Shown here: piece after piece, positions 20,933-30,004 of the stretch
Layout of the letters: each line of letters starts with the position of its first letter
Position numbering within the stretch: position 1 is the stretch's first letter
From: Alkalispirochaeta sp.
GTDB taxonomy: Bacteria; Spirochaetota; Spirochaetia; DSM-27196; Alkalispirochaetaceae
Assembly (NCBI GenBank): GCA_965601925.1
Contig: OZ271854.1
Span: forward strand, 2,304,001-2,368,000
Reading direction: 5' to 3'
Length of the DNA: 64,000 bases
Made by a program: the position numbers and the translations under genes
Notes under the pieces: model-generated
Databases searched by the model: none
What the model was told of the DNA's origin: nothing
What the model saw: only the letters and a program-made list of their open reading frames with translations

Positions 20933-21868
20933 ATGCCAGGTAATCTGGATCTTCTTTCGCGCAGGGTCGGCTTCAACGCCGCCCTGCGCCATTTTAAGCG
21001 GGTATCTTCGTTCCTCCCGGTCGTTCCGAAAGGCGCCAACCTCGCCGATCTGTTGGCCGAGGAGGTCGATCAGGAACGCATGGGGCGCCATCAGATGGCC
21101 CCTGCGGTCAGCGCACTGTTGGTCGATAAGTTTGCCTATCGATATCGATCGGCCAACGCGGTGAGGACGGTCGAGGATGCCGGCGCGATCGTTACCAAAC
21201 TCGCCGAGTGGAGCGCGATCCAAATCGTACTCACCTACGAACATCCGCAAGCGGGTCTCTTTGTCATAAACCCCAAGCGTGAGGGTTCGTGGGAAGGTGC
21301 GCTTCCCATATTGCGCGACGAACTTATCGTCGTCTATGTGCAGGCGCTCGCGAAGTCCGTGACCGAGGAGACGTTGCTGAGGGCGCTCGACGACGTGCAC
21401 CGTTTGCTTGCCGGCGAGGCGGTCGAGACCTCTCCGGAGTACGTTTCCAAGCGGGCCGCAGCCTCCCCACCGGCGCCCGCCAAACCCGCCGCACCGGCTC
21501 CCCAAAAGGCGTCGGCGGCAGCGGCGTCCGGGAAAAAGCGACGCATGACGCCGCGATACTCCGTCGTTGTAACGAACGAGCTTTTTCACAACGGTAACGT
21601 TGAGGCGTGGAAACGCATTATCGCAAGCTACCGACAGAAGCACGGGGCTCTCGATGTGCTTATTTGGTACGATAACGAGCGCATCAACGACATCAATGCG
21701 CTTTTTAAGTGGGGGAAGGTCAAGCACGGCACACCGATTTTGGTGAGCGTCGTGGGCGATGAAATCAAAGACGTCTCCAAACTGCAACGCTACCTCTTCG
21801 AAGGCGCCAGTCCGCGCTTTGAGATGTTCCTGAAAGGCAGCATCGACCAACCCCTCGACCTGTTCTGA
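20933..21868 (+). CDS. Two-domain hypothetical protein; C-terminal domain resembles HPr
   Basis: 311 aa, 5 nt after cfpA. An Ala/Pro-rich linker precedes MTPRYSVVVTNELFH...KVKHGTPILVSVVGDE. Confidence 0.8.
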   Translation: MPGNLDLLSRRVGFNAALRHFKRVSSFLPVVPKGANLADLLAEEVDQERMGRHQMAPAVSALLVDKFAYRYRSANAVRTVEDAGAIVTKLAEWSAIQIVLTYEHPQAGLFVINPKREGSWEGALPILRDELIVVYVQALAKSVTEETLLRALDDVHRLLAGEAVETSPEYVSKRAAASPPAPAKPAAPAPQKASAAAASGKKRRMTPRYSVVVTNELFHNGNVEAWKRIIASYRQKHGALDVLIWYDNERINDINALFKWGKVKHGTPILVSVVGDEIKDVSKLQRYLFEGASPRFEMFLKGSIDQPLDLF

Positions 21869-21888
21869 CACCAAGGAGCTATGGAAAA

Positions 21889-24513
21889 ATGAGTGAAATC
21901 GTCCTGTTCGGCGATCGTAAGCATACTCTTGACCAGTCGACGCTGGATATCGTCGGTAGCCGCGGCGTGCGGGCCGTGTCGCTGGTCGATCTGGACGTCC
22001 CGATCTGTCCCGGCTTTGTCGTGCCGAACGGCTTTTTGGAGACGTTCCCGGACAATACGACCACCGCGTGGGCGGTCCTCAAGGAGCCGGTCGACGCCGT
22101 TGAGAAGGGGATGAAGCGGCGCTTCGGGAGTTCGGAGCAGGTGTTACTCCTCAAGGCGGTCGAGAGTCCCATGCTCAACGTGCGCAGTGCGCTCCCGTCG
22201 GTGCACCACGTGGGGCTGTGTGAGGGCACCATCGACGGAATCGCGGCGGCGGCCGGGGAGACCTTTGCATATCGGGAGTACGCATACCTCATTTCCAGTA
22301 TTCTGAAGCTTGAGATGGCCTCGGGTGTCGACGATACGAGGCAAAAAGCGCTCCAGGCGTTCGTCGACGATTTGCGTTCCGCTAAGCGCAAGGCGTCGGT
22401 ACTCAAGGTGCTTGAGCAGCATAAAGGCGTATTGCAGGAAGAGATATTTACCGAGCCCTTTTTTCAGCTCGCCTACGTACTCAAGCTCTTTCGCGCTGCG
22501 TTCAAGACGAGTCCGACCAGCGAGGACAGCGCCGTGCTCGTGCAGGCGATGGTGTACGGTAACTTCGACAAAGACAGCAGCTCCGGTTATCTCTACACGC
22601 ATAACATCATCTCCGGTGACGACGAGTTACAGGGTGAGTTCTTTCCCAAGGCGTTCGACGAGACCTCCGGCAAGGGCAAGGCGCTCGGCGGTCTTGCAAA
22701 AAAACACGTCGAAGAGCTGCAGACGATCGCGCGGACGCTGGAAGACCATTTTCGCGAGTTGCGTTTCGTCCGTTTTACGATCGAAAGCGGCAAGTTATGG
22801 CTCGTCGATCAAGGTGCCGTCAGCAACAAATCGACGCAGGCGGAGATCAAAACACTTCTCGACCTCATGCGACGCAAAGTCGTAAGCGAGGAGTACGTGA
22901 TAAACGCGATCAAACCGGGGCGTCTGGCGGAGATTCTCCACCCGACTCTCGATCGATCTTCGGTGTCTTCGTTCAAAGCGATACAGGGCGGTATCGCGGG
23001 TTCGGTCGGCGCCGCGATCGGACGAGTCTATTTTTCCACGGACCGTCTCATAGCCGCCCACCGACAAGCACAGATCGAAGGCGAGGATACGGACGTGATT
23101 CTCGCGATGCCGGCGACCTTTGCCGGAGACGTCAAGGGGATCGAAGTCGCTCAAGGCGTACTCTCCTCCGAGGGCGGCTACGCGTCCCACGCACCGGTTG
23201 TCGCGCGCAGCTTGGGAAAAGTGGCGCTCGTTTGGTCGGATGTCACGTTCAAGGCAAAGTCGATGGTGATCGACGGCAACGAGATCAAAGAGGGCGACTA
23301 TCTCACGCTTGATGTTCCGTACTATGAGGATCCGTCCATTTTTATAGGGCGCGGATCGCTGACGAAACCCACGCCTGAGGATTCGGGACTTCTCGACCTG
23401 CTGGAGGTGATCCAGCCGCGGATCAGGGATATGGACGTCCACGCCAACGCCGACCAACCGCGCGATGCGAAGCTGGCGCGCACCTTCGGCGCCCGGGGGA
23501 TCGGTTTGTGCCGCACCGAGCACATGTTCTTCGACGAGTCGCGCATCAATCGCTTCCGCTACATGATCCTCGCCGATTCCGAGGAGAAGCGGCTTGAGAT
23601 CCTGGAAGATTTGCGCGACGATCAAACCGAAGACTTCTACGGTCTATTCAAGATCATGGAGGGTTTGCCGGTTACGATTCGGCTTCTCGACGCGCCGCTG
23701 CACGAGTTTCTTCCGGCGACGCGCGAGACGATGGCGGCCTTCATCAAGCAGGCCGCGGCGGACAAGGTCGGACTTTCCAAGGCGACCATCGAGGCGCGAT
23801 CGCGATTGCTCCGGGAGTTTAACCCGATGCTCGGCCATCGGGGCATCCGGATCGCCATCTCATATCCTGAGATCTACCGAATGCAGATTCGTGCGATCTT
23901 CGATGCGGCGTATCGGCTCAAGAAGGAGGGCATTGAGGCGAAGCCGGAAATCATGATTCCCCTCGTAATGACGCCGAATGAGCTGAAGGTCGTCCGTAAC
24001 GGTAAGCGGATCGAAGGAAAGCAAATCCTCGGTGTCCGCGATATCGAAGAGGAGATTCGTGCGAAATATGAGATCGACTCGATTGAGTATCGCGTCGGCA
24101 CGATGATCGAGTTGCCCGCCGCTGCACTCAACGGGGGCGGGATCGCCCGGTATGCCGATTTCTTCTCGTTCGGGACCAACGATCTGACCCAAACGACCTA
24201 CGGAATCTCACGGGACGACTTCAACAACTTCTTCTCGGACTACAATGAGTTCGATCTGCTGCCGAGCAATCCTTTCAAAGTATTGCAGCCGCAAGTCCGA
24301 GAACTCGTGCAGACCGCCGCGCTGAGGGGGCGTATGGTGCGCCCCGATCTTAAGCTCGGACTATGTGGCGAGCACGGGGCGGAGCCCGAGAACGTCACCT
24401 TTTTTCGGGATTCAGGTCTGAACTACGTGTCGGTGTCGCCGTACGGCATTCCCATTGCAAAATTGGCCATTGCTCAGATGAATCTCAAGGAAGAGGCTGC
24501 GCAGAAGGGCTGA
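21889..24513 (+). CDS. Pyruvate phosphate dikinase-like protein with degenerate nucleotide-binding domain
   Basis: Phospho-His motif GGYASHAPVVAR and PEP-domain motifs GIGLCRTEHMF, IRLLD, NPMLGHRG, SFGTNDLTQ and GLCGEH are present; ATP-grasp motifs are altered. Confidence 0.9.
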   Translation: MSEIVLFGDRKHTLDQSTLDIVGSRGVRAVSLVDLDVPICPGFVVPNGFLETFPDNTTTAWAVLKEPVDAVEKGMKRRFGSSEQVLLLKAVESPMLNVRSALPSVHHVGLCEGTIDGIAAAAGETFAYREYAYLISSILKLEMASGVDDTRQKALQAFVDDLRSAKRKASVLKVLEQHKGVLQEEIFTEPFFQLAYVLKLFRAAFKTSPTSEDSAVLVQAMVYGNFDKDSSSGYLYTHNIISGDDELQGEFFPKAFDETSGKGKALGGLAKKHVEELQTIARTLEDHFRELRFVRFTIESGKLWLVDQGAVSNKSTQAEIKTLLDLMRRKVVSEEYVINAIKPGRLAEILHPTLDRSSVSSFKAIQGGIAGSVGAAIGRVYFSTDRLIAAHRQAQIEGEDTDVILAMPATFAGDVKGIEVAQGVLSSEGGYASHAPVVARSLGKVALVWSDVTFKAKSMVIDGNEIKEGDYLTLDVPYYEDPSIFIGRGSLTKPTPEDSGLLDLLEVIQPRIRDMDVHANADQPRDAKLARTFGARGIGLCRTEHMFFDESRINRFRYMILADSEEKRLEILEDLRDDQTEDFYGLFKIMEGLPVTIRLLDAPLHEFLPATRETMAAFIKQAAADKVGLSKATIEARSRLLREFNPMLGHRGIRIAISYPEIYRMQIRAIFDAAYRLKKEGIEAKPEIMIPLVMTPNELKVVRNGKRIEGKQILGVRDIEEEIRAKYEIDSIEYRVGTMIELPAAALNGGGIARYADFFSFGTNDLTQTTYGISRDDFNNFFSDYNEFDLLPSNPFKVLQPQVRELVQTAALRGRMVRPDLKLGLCGEHGAEPENVTFFRDSGLNYVSVSPYGIPIAKLAIAQMNLKEEAAQKG

Positions 24514-24527
24514 TCGCACAGTGCGTC

Positions 24528-25409
24528 CTATGCGGCGTCCAGGACGTCGCATAGGCGATTGAACGTTTCGAGAAGGTACAGTTTGATCAGCGTCTCCGGC
24601 GTGTACTGACACTTAGGATAGTGTGCGACCACCAGCATGAGCGCCCGCTCGCACGTAGAGAGTGTGGCGGGGTACGGAGCTTTATTCCCCAGTTGATTGC
24701 CGAAGAGTCTGGCGCGAATCGCATCGTCCAGCGTCTCGGAACCTTGGCGATACAGACGATATGCTCGGTACTCGTTGCCGCTCAGAACTTGGTGGCTATG
24801 CGGTTTTATCAGAAGATTCTCATAAAATGCCGCGGCAAACGCGTGTACCGTCGTCACCTGATGGCGTTGGATTTTGCTGCCCGGCCACTGCTTGAGTTCC
24901 TGAAACCTGGCGACGACGTTTCGCAGTTGCTTGAAAATAGTGCGGAATCGGTACCGGAAACTCCCCTCGCTGCGTAGGTGTAGGTTTTCCAAACCGAAGG
25001 AATAAAAGACGAATAGCTGATCCAAGAGGAGATCGTACTCGGCGGCAAGACGCATCTGCAATGTTACGCTATAGGCCGGATCGACCTGCGACTCGTCGGC
25101 TCTCTCGGTATATTGACTTTCGTCCGTTGTATATCCCGAACGTTGCCGACCGACGCCCGATCCGTATACGTCCGCCGTTTCGGTTATGGGTTCGTCAACG
25201 GCGACCGTGTCGCCGCCGTTTCGCAGATAGTCGGTTGCCGCCAGATATGCCTCGTTGAGCTCGACGGTTCTTTCGTGTGACCACTCGGTCCGGTCAAGAT
25301 TGCGGTCGGGGTGATATATTTTAAGAAGCCTCCTAAATGAGAGGCTGACATCTTCTAATGTGGCGCCGTTGGAAAGCTCCAATACTTTGAATGCAACAGC
25401 GATATCCAT
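24528..25409 (-). CDS. J-domain (DnaJ-like) protein
   Basis: N-terminal J domain: FRRLLKIYHPDRN...LNEAY. Confidence 0.85.
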   Translation of the reverse strand: MDIAVAFKVLELSNGATLEDVSLSFRRLLKIYHPDRNLDRTEWSHERTVELNEAYLAATDYLRNGGDTVAVDEPITETADVYGSGVGRQRSGYTTDESQYTERADESQVDPAYSVTLQMRLAAEYDLLLDQLFVFYSFGLENLHLRSEGSFRYRFRTIFKQLRNVVARFQELKQWPGSKIQRHQVTTVHAFAAAFYENLLIKPHSHQVLSGNEYRAYRLYRQGSETLDDAIRARLFGNQLGNKAPYPATLSTCERALMLVVAHYPKCQYTPETLIKLYLLETFNRLCDVLDAA

Positions 25410-25512
25410 TACCGTTTATCATACGGCACGCTGTCTGCAAACACAATGCTTTGCAAAAGGTGGATCGGACGGCTACCATGTACAATATCACCGACGATCG
25501 GAGGAAGACTGC

Positions 25513-26070
25513 ATGGCGAACGCGAAAGAATTGTTTCCCGCATATCAGGCAGGCGAGCTACCGAGGGAGCACGGCTATGTAGTGAGTACCTTCTATCATG
25601 ATGGTTCCAACTACACGCGCTACGAACTCATTTCCTTCGACAACGTAAAAGACATCTTTGTCGGCGAGGAGGGGCTCACCTTTCAGGCCGAAGGGCGGAA
25701 GCTCTACGTGTTGGTGGAACCGGCCGGCTGGCCCAATAACCACACGGAGCCGGCCTACCGGTCCGAAGCCGAGCGCATTCCCTACAGGCTCAAGGAGCTT
25801 ATCGACTATAGAACGCGTCGACAGGACCATGTGTATGTCGGCCGCGAGCCCGTCGTTACCTACAGCGCCTTTACGATCATGAAACCGGTAGGCCAAGACG
25901 CCTCCTACGTCTTTTACCCCGTCGAGGACGTGCGCAAAAACATTATGGAATTTTTTCGCCTCTCCCTCTGGAAACAGGCGCGCGTGCCTCAGGGCGATGT
26001 TCGCGAGGTCGTAAAGATTATCGACGAGGTCTTCGAAAAAATCGTTGTGGGGCGCGGCGAGTTCCGCTGA
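25513..26070 (+). CDS. Hypothetical protein
   Basis: ATG 25513 follows GGAGGA; 185-aa globular-looking ORF. Confidence 0.7.
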   Translation: MANAKELFPAYQAGELPREHGYVVSTFYHDGSNYTRYELISFDNVKDIFVGEEGLTFQAEGRKLYVLVEPAGWPNNHTEPAYRSEAERIPYRLKELIDYRTRRQDHVYVGREPVVTYSAFTIMKPVGQDASYVFYPVEDVRKNIMEFFRLSLWKQARVPQGDVREVVKIIDEVFEKIVVGRGEFR

Positions 26071-26100
26071 GCTTACGGCGTAGAACCGCTCGGCGTTCCG

Positions 26101-27165
26101 TCAATCGCGGCGCGTGCCGTCTCCCGGGTCGTTTGCCGCGACGCGGTTTTTGCCGCCGCGCTTGGCGGCATACAAAGCGGCGTCAGCCTCGTGGAGCACC
26201 GTCTCAAACGAGCCGGCCGTCGCGAGTTCTTGGAGAGTTCCGCTTGATGCGATCGGAAAGGCGATTGCAGCGACGCCGATACTCACGGTGACTGCGATCG
26301 TATCGCCTCCGTGGGACGCTTTCATCGCCGCAACCAACGCGCGAAAACGTTCGGCCAGCGCGAGCGCGCCGACTAAGGGAGTGTGCGGGAGTATGATACC
26401 GAACTCTTCTCCTCCTAGACGCGCGACGACGTCGCTCTCCCGAAAACTCTCTCCCAGCGCCCGGGCTATCCGGCGTAGTACCTCGTCTCCCGCGGCGTGT
26501 CCAAACTCGTCGTTGATCCCTTTGAAGTCGTCGGCGTCGATCATCAGCACGGAAAACTCTTCGCCGTATCGCCGCGCTCGCGCCGTTGTACTCTCACCGA
26601 CGGAGAAAAAGTGTCTTCGATTCCAAAGCCCCGTAAGTTCGTCCGTAACGACTTGCGTCAACAGCCGCTCTTCCATCTCTTTGCGATCACTGATATCTAC
26701 CATCGACACGATAAGCGAGGATCGATCGTTAAAGGTAATGATCGATGCGGCGAGGGACGCCCAAAACACGCGATTCTCACCGGTCCGCAGTTGCACCTCG
26801 AATCCTCTGGCGTGCCCGTAGCGTCTTATGGTGTCCAAGAGGCGCGCCTGATCCTCTCTCTTCACGTAGTAGTCGTCGATGGGGCGTCCCACCGCATACT
26901 CTCGGTTGATGTGGAACGTACTGGCGGCGAGGAGATTGGCAAATTGAATGACTCCCGACTCGAGATCGATGATCACAATCGGGCTCGGCGCGTTCTCCGT
27001 CAGAGTACGGTATCGATGTTGTACCATCGTCAACTCGTGCTCCGTCGTCGACCGACTGCGCGCCTCGTTGCGTAGCATGCGGGAGAGATACGCCATACGA
27101 AGTACTATAAGAAGCAGTACGGGTACGGTAATCATGAGGGCAGGTACGATTCTTAACGCGATCAT
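26101..27165 (-). CDS. PAS-GGDEF diguanylate cyclase
   Basis: N-terminal TM, PAS, DELTGLWNRR, I-site RESD and active-site RLGGEEF. Confidence 0.93.
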   Translation of the reverse strand: MIALRIVPALMITVPVLLLIVLRMAYLSRMLRNEARSRSTTEHELTMVQHRYRTLTENAPSPIVIIDLESGVIQFANLLAASTFHINREYAVGRPIDDYYVKREDQARLLDTIRRYGHARGFEVQLRTGENRVFWASLAASIITFNDRSSLIVSMVDISDRKEMEERLLTQVVTDELTGLWNRRHFFSVGESTTARARRYGEEFSVLMIDADDFKGINDEFGHAAGDEVLRRIARALGESFRESDVVARLGGEEFGIILPHTPLVGALALAERFRALVAAMKASHGGDTIAVTVSIGVAAIAFPIASSGTLQELATAGSFETVLHEADAALYAAKRGGKNRVAANDPGDGTRRD

Positions 27166-27178
27166 GAAGGTTTGGCCT

Positions 27179-28645
27179 CTACAATAGGAGGTGCGCCTCC
27201 AGCCCCGCGGCGCGATGTAACAGTTGCTCGTCCGATCCGTATCTCGAGGCGATCTGTATACCGAGCGGTAGCCCCGCGGGACCGCGTCCGTTGGGTAAAC
27301 CGGCTATCGGAACGCTGACCGTAGGAACGCCCGCATAGGTCCACGGTAGATTCATCGTGGGGTCGCCGGTCGTCTCTATTCCGCGAGGCGCCTCGCCGAC
27401 GGTCGCAGGCGCGATCCAGACGGCGGCTCCGTGTCGTTCCAATGCGCGCTCGATGCGCTCCCGTACGCGTATCCTTCCCACCCGCGCTTGCTCGCGTCGC
27501 TCGTCCGTGACGGCGGCTCCCCGTTCGATGAGTTGTGCACTCCGGGAATGATACAGCTCGCCGTGTTCCTCGTACCACCGCGTGTGGACGTCGGCGAAGT
27601 CTCGAGCAATCATGTCTTTGTGCGCCTCGTTGATGCTCTCAATATCCGAGAAGATCGATACTCGCTGTACCTCGACGCCGAGACCGACGAGTCGTTCGAT
27701 CACCGCGTCCAAGCCCCGGAGACCCGTCGTATCGGCTTGCGCAAGATAGGCGTCGTCGGGGACGAGGACGGTGCCGAGAAGGTGGCGTAGATCGGAGCCC
27801 GCTCGGGACGTATGCCGGGATTCTCCGTTCGTCGGAGGCGCCGCTTCATGTGCGCGGTCTCGCGACCATCCGGTAACCGTCACCGAGGCCGACCGAGCGA
27901 GGGCGTCTACGTCGGCGGCGATGATACCGACGTGATCGGCATCAACCGAGAACGGTATCACCCCGTCGGCGGCGATCCGTCCGTAGCTCGGCTTGTATCC
28001 CGCGACGCCGCAAAAGGAGGCCGGGCGCGATATGGAGCCGATCGTCTGCGTACCGAGAGCAATGTGGCAGAACCCCGCCGCGACCGCCGCGGCCGAGCCG
28101 CTCGAGGACCCTCCGGGAGTGTGGTCCGGGTTCCAGGGGTTCCGTGTCGGACCGGGGCCGAAATAGGCGAACTCCGTGGTGACGGTCTTGCCGAGGATCA
28201 AGGCGCCCGCTTCCCGAAGGGCGCTCACGACCGACGCCTCGTCTCGATTCTCGTCGGGTCGACCGGGGGCTCCCTCGCGCGTGAACACGTCCGGCGGGAG
28301 GGCGGAACCTCCGCGGGTGGGGAATCCTGCGGTGTGAAACAGATCTTTCACACCGAGTAAGGCACCGAACAGCGGCGGACGATCCGTCGGGTCGGGCCAA
28401 CGCTTCTCGAGGGACGCCGCCTCGCGAAGAATGCGTGCTCTCCGCCGGGACGCGGTCTCGTCGGGAAGGAGCGTTCCAAGTACCGGTTCATGACGATCGA
28501 GTCGATCGAGAAGCGGCGAAAGCTCCTCCGTGAGATTCGTCTCACGCGACTCGAGACGCTTGTGAAGCCCCTCGAGTGATTGTGGGGCGACTCTGTCCGA
28601 CGTCTCGGCGCGCTTCGTTGAAGGGCGCGAGCTCCTGCGATCCAT
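27179..28645 (-). CDS. Amidase-signature family enzyme (malonamidase E2-like motif)
   Basis: GVKD, GKTVTTEF, PGGSSSGS and ALGTQTIGSISRP; start overlaps the CoA-transferase stop (TAATG). Confidence 0.9.
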   Translation of the reverse strand: MDRRSSRPSTKRAETSDRVAPQSLEGLHKRLESRETNLTEELSPLLDRLDRHEPVLGTLLPDETASRRRARILREAASLEKRWPDPTDRPPLFGALLGVKDLFHTAGFPTRGGSALPPDVFTREGAPGRPDENRDEASVVSALREAGALILGKTVTTEFAYFGPGPTRNPWNPDHTPGGSSSGSAAAVAAGFCHIALGTQTIGSISRPASFCGVAGYKPSYGRIAADGVIPFSVDADHVGIIAADVDALARSASVTVTGWSRDRAHEAAPPTNGESRHTSRAGSDLRHLLGTVLVPDDAYLAQADTTGLRGLDAVIERLVGLGVEVQRVSIFSDIESINEAHKDMIARDFADVHTRWYEEHGELYHSRSAQLIERGAAVTDERREQARVGRIRVRERIERALERHGAAVWIAPATVGEAPRGIETTGDPTMNLPWTYAGVPTVSVPIAGLPNGRGPAGLPLGIQIASRYGSDEQLLHRAAGLEAHLLL

Positions 28646-29838
28646 TATACGGCTCCTCGTTCTCGGATCGTGTTAATCTGGTTCTCGTCGTAGCCGAGCT
28701 CGGCAAGGATCTCCGCGGTGTGCTCGCCGAGTTCCGGTACCGGGGGTCTCGTAGTATCGTCGTCCATGGAGCTCATTTTTATCGGATTTCCCGCAACCCG
28801 GACCGTTCCCGCCAGGCGATCTTCGACCGTGGCGATCATGTTGCGTGCATGGATTTGACGGTTCTGCATCACTTGCTCGATCTGGTTGATTCTGCTATGC
28901 GGGATACCGCGCTCGCTGAAGACTCCCGACCATTCACCGACGGTGCGCTGCGCAAGGAGGGACTCGACTACGGCGTTGAGCTCTTCCAGATTCTCGGTAC
29001 GTTTGGGGTTGGTCGCGAAGCGCGCGTCGGTGGCGAGATCGGTACGCTCGACAACCTCGCAAAAGGTCTGCCACAGCCCGTCGTTGCCGATTGCGATTAC
29101 GATCCAATCGTCTTTGGCTTTGTACGCTTGGAACGGACTTATGGTCGGATGGCGGTTGCCGAGGGGTTCCGGACTCGTCCCGTCGACCTGGTAGCGTGCG
29201 AGGGCGTTCTCGAGTATTGCCACCTGGCAGTCGAGCATTGCAACATCTATCTTCTGGCCGACGCCCGTCTCATGGCGTCGACTAACGGCGGCCAATATAC
29301 CGATGGCGGTAAAGAGCGCCGCCCCGATGTCTCCGATGGAGCACCCGACGCGCGTAGGCGGGGCCCCCGGCCAGCCGGTGACACTCATGAGGCCGCCGGC
29401 GGCCTGGGCGAGGATATCGTAGGCCGGTTTGCGGCTGTCCGGGCCGGTGTGACCGTACCCCGATGACGCTGCGTATATCAAACGGGGATTGATCTCGCGG
29501 AGCGCTTCGTATCCGAATCCGAGTTTTTCCATTACCCCGGGGCGGAAGTTTTCAACGAGAATGTCATGCTCTTCGACCAGCCGTCGAAATATCTCCTTGC
29601 CCGTCTCCGTCTTGAGGTTGAGCGTCATACTTCGCTTACCGCGGTTGATGCTGACGAAATAGAGGCTGCGTCCGTTCTTGAAGGGACCGAAGTGTCGGGA
29701 GTCGTCTCCTATCCCGGGCATCTCGATCTTGAGTACCTCGGCACCGAGGTCGGCCAGGAGCATGGTTGCGAAGGGACCTGCCAGGACGCGCGTCATATCC
29801 AACACCCGCAGGCCCGCAAGCGGTTTCTCTTTTGACAT
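28645..29838 (-). CDS. Family III CoA-transferase (CaiB/BaiF/Frc family)
   Basis: LAGPFATMLLADLGAEVLKIE, NRGKRS, ENFRPG and conserved Asp in SIGDIGA. Confidence 0.93.
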   Translation of the reverse strand: MSKEKPLAGLRVLDMTRVLAGPFATMLLADLGAEVLKIEMPGIGDDSRHFGPFKNGRSLYFVSINRGKRSMTLNLKTETGKEIFRRLVEEHDILVENFRPGVMEKLGFGYEALREINPRLIYAASSGYGHTGPDSRKPAYDILAQAAGGLMSVTGWPGAPPTRVGCSIGDIGAALFTAIGILAAVSRRHETGVGQKIDVAMLDCQVAILENALARYQVDGTSPEPLGNRHPTISPFQAYKAKDDWIVIAIGNDGLWQTFCEVVERTDLATDARFATNPKRTENLEELNAVVESLLAQRTVGEWSGVFSERGIPHSRINQIEQVMQNRQIHARNMIATVEDRLAGTVRVAGNPIKMSSMDDDTTRPPVPELGEHTAEILAELGYDENQINTIRERGAV

Positions 29839-30004
29839 GGTACATCTCCGTTGGTGGATGAAGCATAGTATATCATGGGAGGAGACTCCGCGTTAATAAC
29901 GAGTAAATCGACTCGACAGCGTTGAGAGTACGGCGTCGTTCCTCGGTATCATAGCGTACGAACCGCGTACCGGCGTCGCGACGATTTGGTGTTCGGGAGA
30001 GATT

